Source: an uncultured delta proteobacterium (GTDB lineage Bacteria > Desulfobacterota > Desulfobacteria > Desulfobacterales > SG8-13). Taken from it: a stretch of 64,000 nucleotides of DNA. Shown here one piece after another: positions 55,896 through 64,000 of the stretch. The position numbers and the translations under genes were made by a program. A model generated the notes under the pieces. It was not told the DNA's origin, searched no databases, and worked only from the letters and a program-made list of their open reading frames with translations. The DNA lies in the NCBI GenBank assembly GCA_963825595.1, contig CAWGUE010000034.1:99377-163376 (forward strand), read 5' to 3'. How positions within the stretch are numbered: position 1 is the stretch's first letter; each line of letters opens with the position of its first letter.

Positions 55896-57566
55896 ATGAA
55901 CGAGCAGAAAACAGAAGAGTCCCTGCCTGAAGAAATACCGGAAGCTGTTGTCCAATCCCGCATCAGTCAGTTCTCGATCGTATGGATCATTCCGCTGGTC
56001 GCGGTACTTATCGGCGTGTGGCTGATATACAAGGCCCAGTCGGAAAAAGGCCCGACGATAACCATGACTTTCCAGACGGCCGAAGGCCTCGAGGCTGGTA
56101 AAACCAAGATCAAGTACAAGGAAGTCGACCTCGGCCAGGTCCAGAAAATCAGTCTCGGCCCGGATCTGTCTCAGGTGGTCGTCACCGCCAAACTCGTCAA
56201 GCAGGCGGAAGATCTGATTTCAGAAAACACGCGCTTCTGGGTCGTGCGGGCCCGGATTAATGTTAGTGGGGTTTCGGGGCTTGGCACCCTTTTTTCAGGC
56301 GCTTACATCGGCATGGATCCGGGCAAGCCCGGCAAGCCGGCCAACCAGTTTACCGGAATGGAAGAGCCGCCGACCGTCACAACCGACCTACCGGGCCGGC
56401 ACTTCGTCCTGAAGGCTGAACAACGCGGCTCGCTCGACACGGGTTCGCCGGTCTATTTCCGTCAAATCAGGGTGGGTCAGGTTGTCGGTTACCAGTTGAA
56501 CGAAGACGGTCAGAGCGTCACGATAAAGGTTTTTATTAACAGCCCCTACCACCGGTTCGTATACAAAAATTCCCGTTTCTGGAACGCCAGTGGATTGGAT
56601 CTCTCGATCGGCGCCGCCGGTGTTCAACTCAACACGGAATCGTTGGTAACCATGCTGGTAGGTGGTATCTCCTTTGACGTGCCAAGCTATCTCGAAACCG
56701 GCGATCCGGCCGCAGCGGATCAGGTGTTCAATCTCTATGAAAATTACGCCGCCAGTCAGGAAAAGACGTACCAGGTGAAAAATTACTGGGTACTCTATTT
56801 CGAAGGGTCGGTGAGGGGGCTTTCGCCGGGAGCGCCGGTCGAATTCAGGGGTATCAAAATCGGTAAAGTCGTTGACATCAATCTTGAATTCAATGCTGTG
56901 AACCGTAATTTCCGTATTCCGGTTCTCGTAGAAATAGAACCGGAGCGATTTATTCCCACTGTGGAAATCGACCGGGAGGAAAAGCACCGCGGGATACTCG
57001 ATTTTCTGGTGGCGAAAGGTTTCCGGGGTCAGCTCAAGATCGGCAACCTGATTACCGGGCAGCAATTGGTTTCTTTCGACATCTTCCCCAACGCCCCGCG
57101 CCGGCAAATCTACTGGAATGATCCTTACCCGGAATTTCCTACCGTGCCGACACCGATCGAGGAAATCGGCAGTCAAGTCAGCCGTATCCTTACCAAACTG
57201 GACAGCATGCCCCTGGATGAAATCGGCAAGGACCTTCGCGACACCGTCGCGAGCACCAAGAAACTGATGGGGGCCCCTGAACTGACTGAAGCCGCCCGGA
57301 ATCTAAACGGGATCCTCAGGCAAACGCAGCAACTGATTGCTGAGTTGAGAACGGGAATTACGCCGGACATTTCGGCCACCCTGGCGCAAGCGAAACAATC
57401 CCTCGCCGCGGTGGAAACGACCCTGAACGAAGACTCCCCACTGCAGGTGAACATCAACAGCGCGCTGGTGGAGCTTATTGCCGCAGCCCGATCTCTGCGT
57501 GCCCTGACCGATTACCTCGAACGCCATCCGGAAGCACTCATCTATGGCAAGAAGAAAGATCGATAA
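55896..57566 (+). CDS. pqiB: PqiB (multi-MCE-domain) protein
   Basis: The 556-aa ORF has an N-terminal TM helix. It has repeated MCE segments (LEAGKTKIKYKEVDLGQV, LDTGSPVYFRQIRVGQV, LSPGAPVEFRGIKIGKV) and a C-terminal helical region. Confidence 0.88.
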   Translation: MNEQKTEESLPEEIPEAVVQSRISQFSIVWIIPLVAVLIGVWLIYKAQSEKGPTITMTFQTAEGLEAGKTKIKYKEVDLGQVQKISLGPDLSQVVVTAKLVKQAEDLISENTRFWVVRARINVSGVSGLGTLFSGAYIGMDPGKPGKPANQFTGMEEPPTVTTDLPGRHFVLKAEQRGSLDTGSPVYFRQIRVGQVVGYQLNEDGQSVTIKVFINSPYHRFVYKNSRFWNASGLDLSIGAAGVQLNTESLVTMLVGGISFDVPSYLETGDPAAADQVFNLYENYAASQEKTYQVKNYWVLYFEGSVRGLSPGAPVEFRGIKIGKVVDINLEFNAVNRNFRIPVLVEIEPERFIPTVEIDREEKHRGILDFLVAKGFRGQLKIGNLITGQQLVSFDIFPNAPRRQIYWNDPYPEFPTVPTPIEEIGSQVSRILTKLDSMPLDEIGKDLRDTVASTKKLMGAPELTEAARNLNGILRQTQQLIAELRTGITPDISATLAQAKQSLAAVETTLNEDSPLQVNINSALVELIAAARSLRALTDYLERHPEALIYGKKKDR

Positions 57567-57617
57567 ATGCCCATCCAAGAGAGGTTAGCGGAAAAAAGAC
57601 CATTTATGGATGGACAA
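57567..57617 (-). repeat. MITE-like repeat, copy 5 (internally deleted, both ends only)
   Basis: ATGCCCATCCA (57567-77) and CCATTTATGGATGGACA (57600-16) are the two family termini, inverted and about 22 nt apart. TA flanks both sides, and it begins right after the pqiB stop. Confidence 0.45.
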
Positions 57618-57700
57618 TAGAAGCTATCTCAAAATTAGGATTTTTGTTCGAGATCAAGGCGAGACCAAGAATCAACCCGCAGGCATACTCACGTATGTCC

Positions 57701-57732
57701 GCACAGGCGCGGGAAGGGACCTGCGCCTGTGC
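57701..57732. other. 10-bp GC-rich hairpin between convergent pqiB and nhaD
   Basis: GCACAGGCGC (57701-10) pairs with GCGCCTGTGC (57723-32). Neither side has a U-run, so terminator function is uncertain. Confidence 0.35.
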
Positions 57733-57786
57733 CAAAACGAGGACTCAACGCCGATATCGGGCGAAAAGACTTTTTTGAGATGACTT

Positions 57787-59637
57787 CTAAAAAAGCCGCG
57801 CATTGATGACCAGGTGGCACAATATGCTCAGCGCGTACCCCAGGGCGATGGCCGGTGTCCACTTCAGGTGGGAACCGAAGGTGTATATCCCACGCGCCGT
57901 TCCCAGCAATCCCACTCCGGCCGCCGAGCCGATGGCCAGCAGGCTGCCGCCGACTCCGGCCGTCAATGTCACCAGAAGCCATTGCCCGTGCGACATGCTG
58001 GGATCCATGGTCAGCACGGCAAACATGACCGGGATATTGTCGACAATCGCGGAAAGAACACCGACAGCCGTGTTGGCGGCCGTCGGCCCCAGGTCGACAT
58101 ACATGTAATTGGAAACCAGCGCCAGATAGCCGAACTGCGAAATCCCACCGACGCACAAAATCACACCGTAAAAAAACAGCAGGGTGTCCCATTCCGCACG
58201 GGCAATTCGTTTCATCAGGTCGAAATGCGAGGTCTTGCGTTTCATGTTCGTGTAATCGTGCAGCGTTTCCACAACCCCGATGACACTTCCCGTCTCGTCC
58301 TTGACCGGTGCCGCGGCGATGGAAAGCCATTTACCTTCTTTTCCCAGCGTAGGAAAAAAAGCGGCCGTTTCGTATGCATGTTCGAGTGAATGGAGCTGTT
58401 TGTGATGGCCGCCGTAATGCCGGCCGATCTCTTCCTTGGGAAAGTTTTCCAGCACCAGATCCGCCAAAACCAGCCGTTCCCTTTCGTAGAACGGATGCCA
58501 GTGACGGCGGGTACCGACGACCTCGCTGGCCGACACGCCACTGAGTTTCTCCATCGCTCGGTTCCAGTGGGTAACGATATGATCGTTGTCGATCATAAAC
58601 GTCGGTTCGGAATATTCCTCAATGAACTCCGAGAGGATGTTGCGTCTCTGCATCAATGCCGCCAGGGGGTGAAGCGTTTCATGCGGGCGTTGGCCGAGGA
58701 TGCTGTCATACCTGTCTAAGCGGCCTTCACGCAACTTGATGAAATAGGAAAACGCACCGAGATATCCGAGCCCCAGCATCATTCCCGCCGCCGGCGGCAG
58801 GTGGAGAAAGTTATGAAATGACACCGCGGTGGCAATGGTCAGCAGAAACAGAACGATCATGCGATGAGCGCCCAGTTTCATGGTTACCGCCTCGTCGCTC
58901 ACCTCCGGCACTTTCCGTTCGATACCCAGGCTCATCAGGAATGCTGGGACCAACCAGTTGACGAGGGAGGGAATGAAAATATCGAAAAATTCGAGAAACT
59001 GAACCTTCCCCTTCTGCCACACCATCAGGGTGGTGATATCGCCGAAGGGCGAGAAGGCGCCGCCGGCATTGGCGGCAATAACGACGTTAATGCAGGCCAG
59101 TGAAACAAACTTCTTGTTAGCGCCGCCGACCGCCATGACCACGGCCCCCATCAGCAGTGCAGTGGTCAGGTTATCGGCAATCGGGGAAATAAAGAACGCC
59201 AGCAAACCGGTGATCCAAAAAATCTTGCGCAGTGAATAGCCCTTGGAAACGAGATAAGACCGCAGGGCCTGGAAAACATTCCTTTCTTCAAGGGCGTTGA
59301 TGTAGGTCATCGCCACCAGGAGAAAAAGAAAAAGCTCCGCGTATTCGAGCAGACTGTGACGGATCGCCTCGTGGGGGGTGTGTGTATCCCCCACGGAAGC
59401 GTAACCGAGCGCCACCAGGACCCAGATGACCCCTGCAGCCAGCAAGACCGGTTTGCTCTTGCGCAGATGGATTTTGTTTTCGAGCGGAACGAGGGCGTAA
59501 GCGCCGACGAACAGCAGCAGCCCCAGGTAGCCATAGGCACTGGAAGTTAAATCTATAACGGCGGCCGTTCCGGGTTCAGCCGCCCATGAGAGTGACGGCA
59601 CGAAAATCAATGCTACAAAAAAAATGAGAGATGTCAT
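57787..59637 (-). CDS. nhaD: NhaD/ArsB-superfamily Na+/H+ antiporter with a PAS domain inserted in the central loop
   Basis: The 616-aa ORF has TM halves with NhaD-like motifs (SPIADNLTTALLMG, AANAGGAFSPFGDITT, AEWDTLLFFYGV, SAIVDNIPV). These are separated by a soluble PAS-like block of about 165 aa (FMIDNDHIVTHWNRAMEKLSGVSASEVVG...GSVIGVVETLHDYT). Confidence 0.8.
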   Translation of the reverse strand: MTSLIFFVALIFVPSLSWAAEPGTAAVIDLTSSAYGYLGLLLFVGAYALVPLENKIHLRKSKPVLLAAGVIWVLVALGYASVGDTHTPHEAIRHSLLEYAELFLFLLVAMTYINALEERNVFQALRSYLVSKGYSLRKIFWITGLLAFFISPIADNLTTALLMGAVVMAVGGANKKFVSLACINVVIAANAGGAFSPFGDITTLMVWQKGKVQFLEFFDIFIPSLVNWLVPAFLMSLGIERKVPEVSDEAVTMKLGAHRMIVLFLLTIATAVSFHNFLHLPPAAGMMLGLGYLGAFSYFIKLREGRLDRYDSILGQRPHETLHPLAALMQRRNILSEFIEEYSEPTFMIDNDHIVTHWNRAMEKLSGVSASEVVGTRRHWHPFYERERLVLADLVLENFPKEEIGRHYGGHHKQLHSLEHAYETAAFFPTLGKEGKWLSIAAAPVKDETGSVIGVVETLHDYTNMKRKTSHFDLMKRIARAEWDTLLFFYGVILCVGGISQFGYLALVSNYMYVDLGPTAANTAVGVLSAIVDNIPVMFAVLTMDPSMSHGQWLLVTLTAGVGGSLLAIGSAAGVGLLGTARGIYTFGSHLKWTPAIALGYALSILCHLVINARLF

Positions 59638-59643
59638 TGGGGG

Positions 59644-60390
59644 CTACTTTTTACTCCTGAGTATGTAGGATGTCGACTTTTCGAAGGCCTGGTTTTTCTG
59701 CGCACCCAAGATCGTTCCGACAGCTGCTTCGACCGCAGCATTCAGGTCGAGGCGCGCGGTGTTGATGACAAGATCATAGTGTTTCCAGTCGGCGATATCT
59801 TTGCGGAAGGTCTCCCTGACAAAGGCCTTTCGCCGGGAATCGCGGTGCTTGATCCTTTTACGCGCATCAACGATGGAAACGCCGAAATGAAAAGCCACGT
59901 TTTTCTCCCGCACCTCTTCAGGGGCAACGACGCGTATGGCGAAGCGCTTTTCGGGGGAGAGGATAAAATTGGCGCCGCGGCCCACGATCACCGCCCGGCC
60001 GATAATCCCCAGGGCACTGACTATCTTGTTGAGGTGATGGAGGTAGTCACCGGAATAGACATACGTATCGCTGACCAGAGAAGAGACGAAATCCTGCAGC
60101 CTGCCAAACCTCTCTTTTTCGATGAGATCGAGGGCATTGCTGCTGACATCGGCGCTGTGGGAGACCGCATTGAGGATGTTTCTCGAATACAATTCGAAAC
60201 CCAACCTTTGGGCCAAGCCTTCTGCGATGAGATACCCGCCGCTGCCGGCTTCCATGCTGAGGGTGATCACCGGCACGGAGACCTTTTTTTCCAGGTCTTC
60301 TTCCGTTAGGCTCTTATCGAACTTGGCCCGCTGTTCGGCCACGAATTTTTCAACTGTCACCTTTGACGAATCCATTGCAACTCCTTTCAA
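59644..60390 (-). CDS. Cytidylate-kinase-like family protein
   Basis: The 248-aa ORF contains VITLSMEAGSGGYLIAEGLAQRLGFELYSRNIL, typical of the cytidylate-kinase-like family. It ends 7 nt before the nhaD start. Confidence 0.72.
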   Translation of the reverse strand: MKGVAMDSSKVTVEKFVAEQRAKFDKSLTEEDLEKKVSVPVITLSMEAGSGGYLIAEGLAQRLGFELYSRNILNAVSHSADVSSNALDLIEKERFGRLQDFVSSLVSDTYVYSGDYLHHLNKIVSALGIIGRAVIVGRGANFILSPEKRFAIRVVAPEEVREKNVAFHFGVSIVDARKRIKHRDSRRKAFVRETFRKDIADWKHYDLVINTARLDLNAAVEAAVGTILGAQKNQAFEKSTSYILRSKK

Positions 60391-60831
60391 GACCCGTTAA
60401 TATGGATATAAAATTAATTCATTCAAGATTCAGTTAATGAAAGCTGTTGAAGTTATTGTAGTCTTTTAGTTATGTCAACCAAGAACTGATTCGTAGAAAA
60501 CCTGGGGGTGGGGTAGGCACGGCTCTGCCCGGCACGGAGAGGATGGGCTGCGGTGAAAGCAGACACTGCCTGAATGCAATCGGAGACGGCGTCGCTACTA
60601 CGAGTGAGGCTCCCCCCGCAGGACGGTAGGCCTCGGTTAGCCCGTCGCAGGCGGGCTTGAAACGCCTCTAAGGTTCTGGTTTTTCCCCCTTGTCCCGCGC
60701 CGAGCATCGGCGAGGTGGCCGAATAGTAGCGCGCGGACCTGTTTGAGTCCGCCGGAGGCGGGCGAGTTTCCGCGGGCTCCGGCCGCATCGACGACGCGCA
60801 GGATCAAGCGGGACACGGGCGGTTTCTTTTG

Positions 60832-60867
60832 GTTCGTTTTCTTTCACGTGAAAGAAAATGAACGAAC
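60832..60867. other. Long imperfect palindrome centred on CACGTG
   Basis: GTTCGTT-TTCTTTCAC pairs with GTGAAAGAA-AATG-AACGAAC, giving 16 paired positions with a 4-nt bulge. The centre CACGTG is at 60845-50. Confidence 0.5.
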
Positions 60868-61082
60868 AGTCACAAAACAACGCGCCACGACGGTGCAACC
60901 CTTCCGGGTCCTCCACCAGGGGTGAAGGGTTTAGATCGATACTAAATCCGGCTGAAAAGACGGAATCGCACACTTGTAGAGTGCCAGGAAGCACGTGTTC
61001 CCGGACGCTTGTCCTTTGAACCCCACTGCGATGATCCTGCGGATATGCCTGACATCGCCGATAGCAAAGGTGACCACCTGTC

Positions 61083-61658
61083 TCAAGCCTGGGCCAGTCT
61101 CAAGAAGTATTGGTGCAGGCGCGGATCATCGGTCAATTCCGGGTGAAACGCGGTGGCCAGATGCTTATGCTGCCGGACCGCCACAATGGTTTGGGCATCC
61201 ACCCGGGCGATAACGCCGGCCTCGCCCCAGGTTTCGATCACTTTAGGCGCGCGGATAAAGACCGCCGGAAAGGGTGTCGACGTGTCGTTCGACAACCCGT
61301 GTACCGTCACGCCGGTTTCGAAGCTGTCGATCTGGCGGCCAAAGGCGTTGCGCGATACAGACATGTCCATGATTCCCAACCGGGGCTGATCACAGTCGAT
61401 ACGTTTGGCCATCAGAATCATCCCGGCACAGATCCCCCACACGGCTTTACGCTCGGCAAACCGGCGCAAAGGCGACACCAGATCATAGCTGACCGCCAGC
61501 TTACCGATGGTCGTGCTTTCCCCGCCGGGGATGACCAGACCGTCGAGCCCTTCAAGATCTTCGGCAAGCTTCACCTGGAACGCCCGGGCGCCAATCCGCG
61601 TAAAAATTTCAATGTGCTCTTTAAAGGCTCCCTGGAGAGCCAAAACGCCGATTTTCAT
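61083..61658 (-). CDS. pdxT: Pyridoxal 5'-phosphate synthase glutaminase subunit
   Basis: The 191-aa ORF reads MKIGVLALQGAF...GLVIPGGESTT...WGICAGMI...ATAFHPELT. Confidence 0.93.
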   Translation of the reverse strand: MKIGVLALQGAFKEHIEIFTRIGARAFQVKLAEDLEGLDGLVIPGGESTTIGKLAVSYDLVSPLRRFAERKAVWGICAGMILMAKRIDCDQPRLGIMDMSVSRNAFGRQIDSFETGVTVHGLSNDTSTPFPAVFIRAPKVIETWGEAGVIARVDAQTIVAVRQHKHLATAFHPELTDDPRLHQYFLRLAQA

Positions 61659-61707
61659 TGACGTCCCTTAAATAATTCCGGAAAAATTTCCGTCCCGCGA
61701 ATGCCGG

Positions 61708-62616
61708 TTACCAACCGCGACCGGCAAGCAGCTCGTTCTCCGGCAGGTCCCGGATGCTGATGCCCGGCATCGGTTCCCCGAGGTTTTCACTCACCCGGGC
61801 CAGAATTTCGGGATTGTCGAAGTGGGTTGTGGCTTCGACAATCGCTTTACCGCGCTCGGCCGGGTTGCCGCTCTTAAATATGCCGGAGCCGACAAAAACC
61901 CCGTCCAGGCCCAGTTGCATCATCATTGCCGCATCGGCCGGCGTGGCCAGTCCGCCGGCAGCAAAATTGACCACCGGCAACCGACCCAGTTCCCGGGTCT
62001 GTTTCACCAGGTCATAGGGCGCTCCGATGGTTTTGGCATACGCCATTAATTCATCTTGCGGCAGCTGGTGAAGGTGCCGGATTTCGCTCATGAGGGTGCG
62101 TGCGTGTCTGACAGCCTCCACCACGTCGCCGGTGCCGGCTTCGCCTTTGGTTCGTATCATCGCGGCCCCCTCCCCGATGCGACGCAGAGCCTCCCCCAGG
62201 CCCCGACACCCGCAGACAAAAGGGACCGTAAACGCATGCTTGTCAATGTGGAAGCGATCATCCGCCGGTGTGAGCACCTCGCTCTCATCAACATAGTCCA
62301 CCCCGATGCTTTGCAACACCTGGGCCTCGACGAAATGCCCAATCCGGCATTTGGCCATCACCGGTATGCTGACCGCTGCCATGATTTCCCGAATCAGGCC
62401 GGGGTCCGACATGCGGGCCACACCGCCGTTCTGGCGGATGTCGGACGGCACCCGCTCCAGTGCCATAACGGCCACAGCGCCGGCCGTTTCGGCGATAACG
62501 GCATGTTCGGGGGATACGACATCCATGATGACGCCCCCCTTAAGCATCTTCGCCATACCGCTTTTTACGGTAAACCCTCCGGTTTCTCTTGAACCATCAT
62601 TTTGAACATCTTTCAT
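61708..62616 (-). CDS. pdxS: Pyridoxal 5'-phosphate synthase lyase subunit
   Basis: The 302-aa ORF contains [40 protein letters not shown] and [14 protein letters not shown]. Confidence 0.93.
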   Translation of the reverse strand: MKDVQNDGSRETGGFTVKSGMAKMLKGGVIMDVVSPEHAVIAETAGAVAVMALERVPSDIRQNGGVARMSDPGLIREIMAAVSIPVMAKCRIGHFVEAQVLQSIGVDYVDESEVLTPADDRFHIDKHAFTVPFVCGCRGLGEALRRIGEGAAMIRTKGEAGTGDVVEAVRHARTLMSEIRHLHQLPQDELMAYAKTIGAPYDLVKQTRELGRLPVVNFAAGGLATPADAAMMMQLGLDGVFVGSGIFKSGNPAERGKAIVEATTHFDNPEILARVSENLGEPMPGISIRDLPENELLAGRGW

Positions 62617-62734
62617 TCTTACAGCCCTCCTTTCCGGCGGTCCTCATCTCGCAAGAATCGTTGGAGGATTGGCCCGCCTCTGTTTTGACTTTATGAAATC
62701 AGTTGTAGATAATTACGACGGGCGATGATAATAA

Positions 62735-62773
62735 AACAGATACAGTATTCTATAAATTTTATCATAACAGATA
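62735..62773. promoter_or_regulatory. Direct repeat AACAGATA x2 in the pdxS/pdxR divergent region (candidate MocR operator)
   Basis: AACAGATA occurs at 62735-42 and 62766-73, a 31-bp spacing. Each copy is preceded by TGATAA or TATCAT. There is no experimental or comparative support from this window alone. Confidence 0.3.
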
Positions 62774-62812
62774 GACCCCGAACCTACCCAGGAAGTACGG
62801 AAGGATTCTTTC

Positions 62813-64000
62813 GTGATCCAATCGAAAAAAGTATTTCGTTACCGACAGCTTGCCAAGGAGATCGAACGGGAGATTCTCAGTGGGAAATATCAGGCAGGCG
62901 AGCGGCTGCCGTCTATACGCCGACTCCACCGCCGCACCAACCTGAGCATCTCAACGATTTACCAGGCTTTCGTGGAACTCGAAAAAACGGGACTGGTGGA
63001 GGCCCGTCCCAGGTCCGGGTACTTCGTCAGTCCGGTAACGCTTCAGCAAATCAAAGCGCCGTTTCACCGCAAACGCTCGATACCGCCCCGGGAAATCCAG
63101 CTTTCAGCGGTGATCAATTCTGTGGTCACCGCCATCAACGATCCGGGCCTTCTACCGCTGGGGATGACGGTGATCGACGCCGAACTGCTTCCGTTCAAGG
63201 CATTGTCGCGCATTTTAAAGGCGACAACCCAGCGACAGCTCAAAGCGTTGTTGTCCTACGCCCTTTCTGAGGGATCACCGGAATTGAAACGCCGTTTGGC
63301 CCATCGCTACCTGGGGATCGTGAACGGGATCACCGAGGAGGACATCATCATCACCAACGGCTGCATGGAAGCGGTGGCCCTCTGCCTGCTGGCGACGGTA
63401 ACGCCCGGCGGCACGGTGGCGGTCGAAGCCCCGACCAACTTCACATTCCTGCAAATGTTGAAAGAACTTGGCCTGATGGTGGCCGAAGTGCCCACCGACC
63501 CCCGGACGGGACTGGACATTCAGGCTCTGGAGCGCTTGATCCGCCGCACACGGATCGATGCCTGTCTTTTCATGCCCAATTTTCACAATCCCCTGGGCGC
63601 TCTGATGCCCGACAGTCATAAGGATGCCCTCGTGCGCCTTTTGAACCGCTGCAGAATACCGCTGATCGAAGACGACATCAGCGCCGAACTCCATTTTGGC
63701 CATCAGCGCCCCTTGCCGCTGAAGGCATTCGACCGCGACAACCTGGTATTGACCTGCTCTTCCTTTTCAAAAACCCTGGCTCCGGGATTGCGGATCGGCT
63801 GGGTGCTGCCTGGCAGGCACTATAGAGAAAAGATCCAGAACCTGAAAGCCGGAACGACGGTATCCACATCTTCTCTGGACCAGCATCTCATGGCGCAGTT
63901 CATCGAAACCGGCAGCTATGAACGGCATCTGCGCCGACTCCGGGCAATCCTGGGGCAGAATATGATCCGGACCGCAATGGCGGTTCAGAAGCATTTTCCG
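62813..64000 (+). CDS. pdxR: MocR-family (GntR HTH plus aminotransferase-fold) regulator, PdxR-like, 3' end outside the window
   Basis: It is not in the ORF track because it is open at the window end. My translation from GTG 62813 is VIQSKKVFRYRQLAKEIEREILSGKYQAGERLPSIRRLHRRTNLSISTIYQAFVELEKTGLVEARPRSGYFV... It continues to the PLP-lysine motif CSSFSKTLAPGLRIGW. It is divergent from pdxST. Confidence 0.8.
   Translation, partial: MIQSKKVFRYRQLAKEIEREILSGKYQAGERLPSIRRLHRRTNLSISTIYQAFVELEKTGLVEARPRSGYFVSPVTLQQIKAPFHRKRSIPPREIQLSAVINSVVTAINDPGLLPLGMTVIDAELLPFKALSRILKATTQRQLKALLSYALSEGSPELKRRLAHRYLGIVNGITEEDIIITNGCMEAVALCLLATVTPGGTVAVEAPTNFTFLQMLKELGLMVAEVPTDPRTGLDIQALERLIRRTRIDACLFMPNFHNPLGALMPDSHKDALVRLLNRCRIPLIEDDISAELHFGHQRPLPLKAFDRDNLVLTCSSFSKTLAPGLRIGWVLPGRHYREKIQNLKAGTTVSTSSLDQHLMAQFIETGSYERHLRRLRAILGQNMIRTAMAVQKHFP

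Noticed and set aside
55197-55896. Alternative-frame ORFs over pqiA (55197..55790 plus strand, 55498..55896 minus strand)
   Set aside because: They are out of frame with clear PqiA-like sequence and have low-complexity Arg/Pro/His composition.
57689-58389. ORFs 57689..58330 (minus strand) and 57814..58389 (plus strand) over the 3' part of nhaD
   Set aside because: They are shadow frames of the NhaD permease gene. They are Arg/Gly/His-rich with no TM segments or domain features.
60453-60994. Possible RNase P RNA, tmRNA, SRP, 6S RNA or cobalamin riboswitch in the GC-rich intergenic region
   Set aside because: I searched both strands by eye for GGAAAGTCCGGGC, ACAGAAnnCGGCTTA, a tRNA-like TCCACCA 3' end, a tag reading frame and the B12 box. 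None is present. It is kept only as an unclassified structured region.
62725-63270. 181-aa plus-strand ORF in the pdxR region
   Set aside because: The neighbouring frame starting at GTG 62813 gives an unambiguous GntR-HTH/MocR protein that continues to the window end. This ORF is its off-frame shadow.

Overview
This is a 64-kb chromosomal window with dense, mostly well-supported coding. The gene content (membrane pyrophosphatase, sigma-54-style signals, a candidate selenoprotein, many Fe-S and PAS proteins) suggests a Desulfobacterota-like anaerobe; that assignment is inference only.

Gene layout:
- 1-7.5 kb: a conserved housekeeping block on the minus strand (hppA, pth, ctc/rplY, prs, tRNA-Gln, ispE, DUF1844, serA).
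- 7.7-11.8 kb: an mlaEFDCA lipid-transport operon whose ATPase carries a degenerate GGDEF domain.
- 12-17.6 kb: an ABC-F ATPase, a two-ORF gene joined by an in-frame TGA plus a SECIS-like hairpin, and a TPP riboswitch with terminator in front of cytX.
- 17.7-23.8 kb: ugpC divergent from ugpBAE plus a glycerol-1-phosphate-dehydrogenase-like gene.
- 26.7-30.5 kb: frameshifted chrA, a PilZ protein and gdhA.
- 30.7-46.5 kb: a phosphate supercluster (pstCASB, phoU, PIN-phoH, DUF47-pitA, phoBR) with recurring 11-bp-periodic CTGTTAG-type Pho-box arrays and an uncharacterised GalT/HIT-like 557-aa gene.
- 47.8-64 kb: polX, a 1049-aa unknown membrane protein, split pqiA plus pqiB, an NhaD-type antiporter with an inserted PAS domain, and pdxST divergent from a MocR/PdxR-like regulator.

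Non-coding structure:
- A roughly 200-bp MITE-like family has five copies or remnants. Two of them bracket a two-gene module.
- A pair of about 85-nt structured repeats keeps its helices despite sequence change.
- A family of CAAG-loop palindromes includes one 20-bp perfect stem.
- A 690-bp GC-rich structured intergenic region matches no RNA class I could recognise.

No CRISPR array, rRNA, prophage or recognisable defence system was seen.
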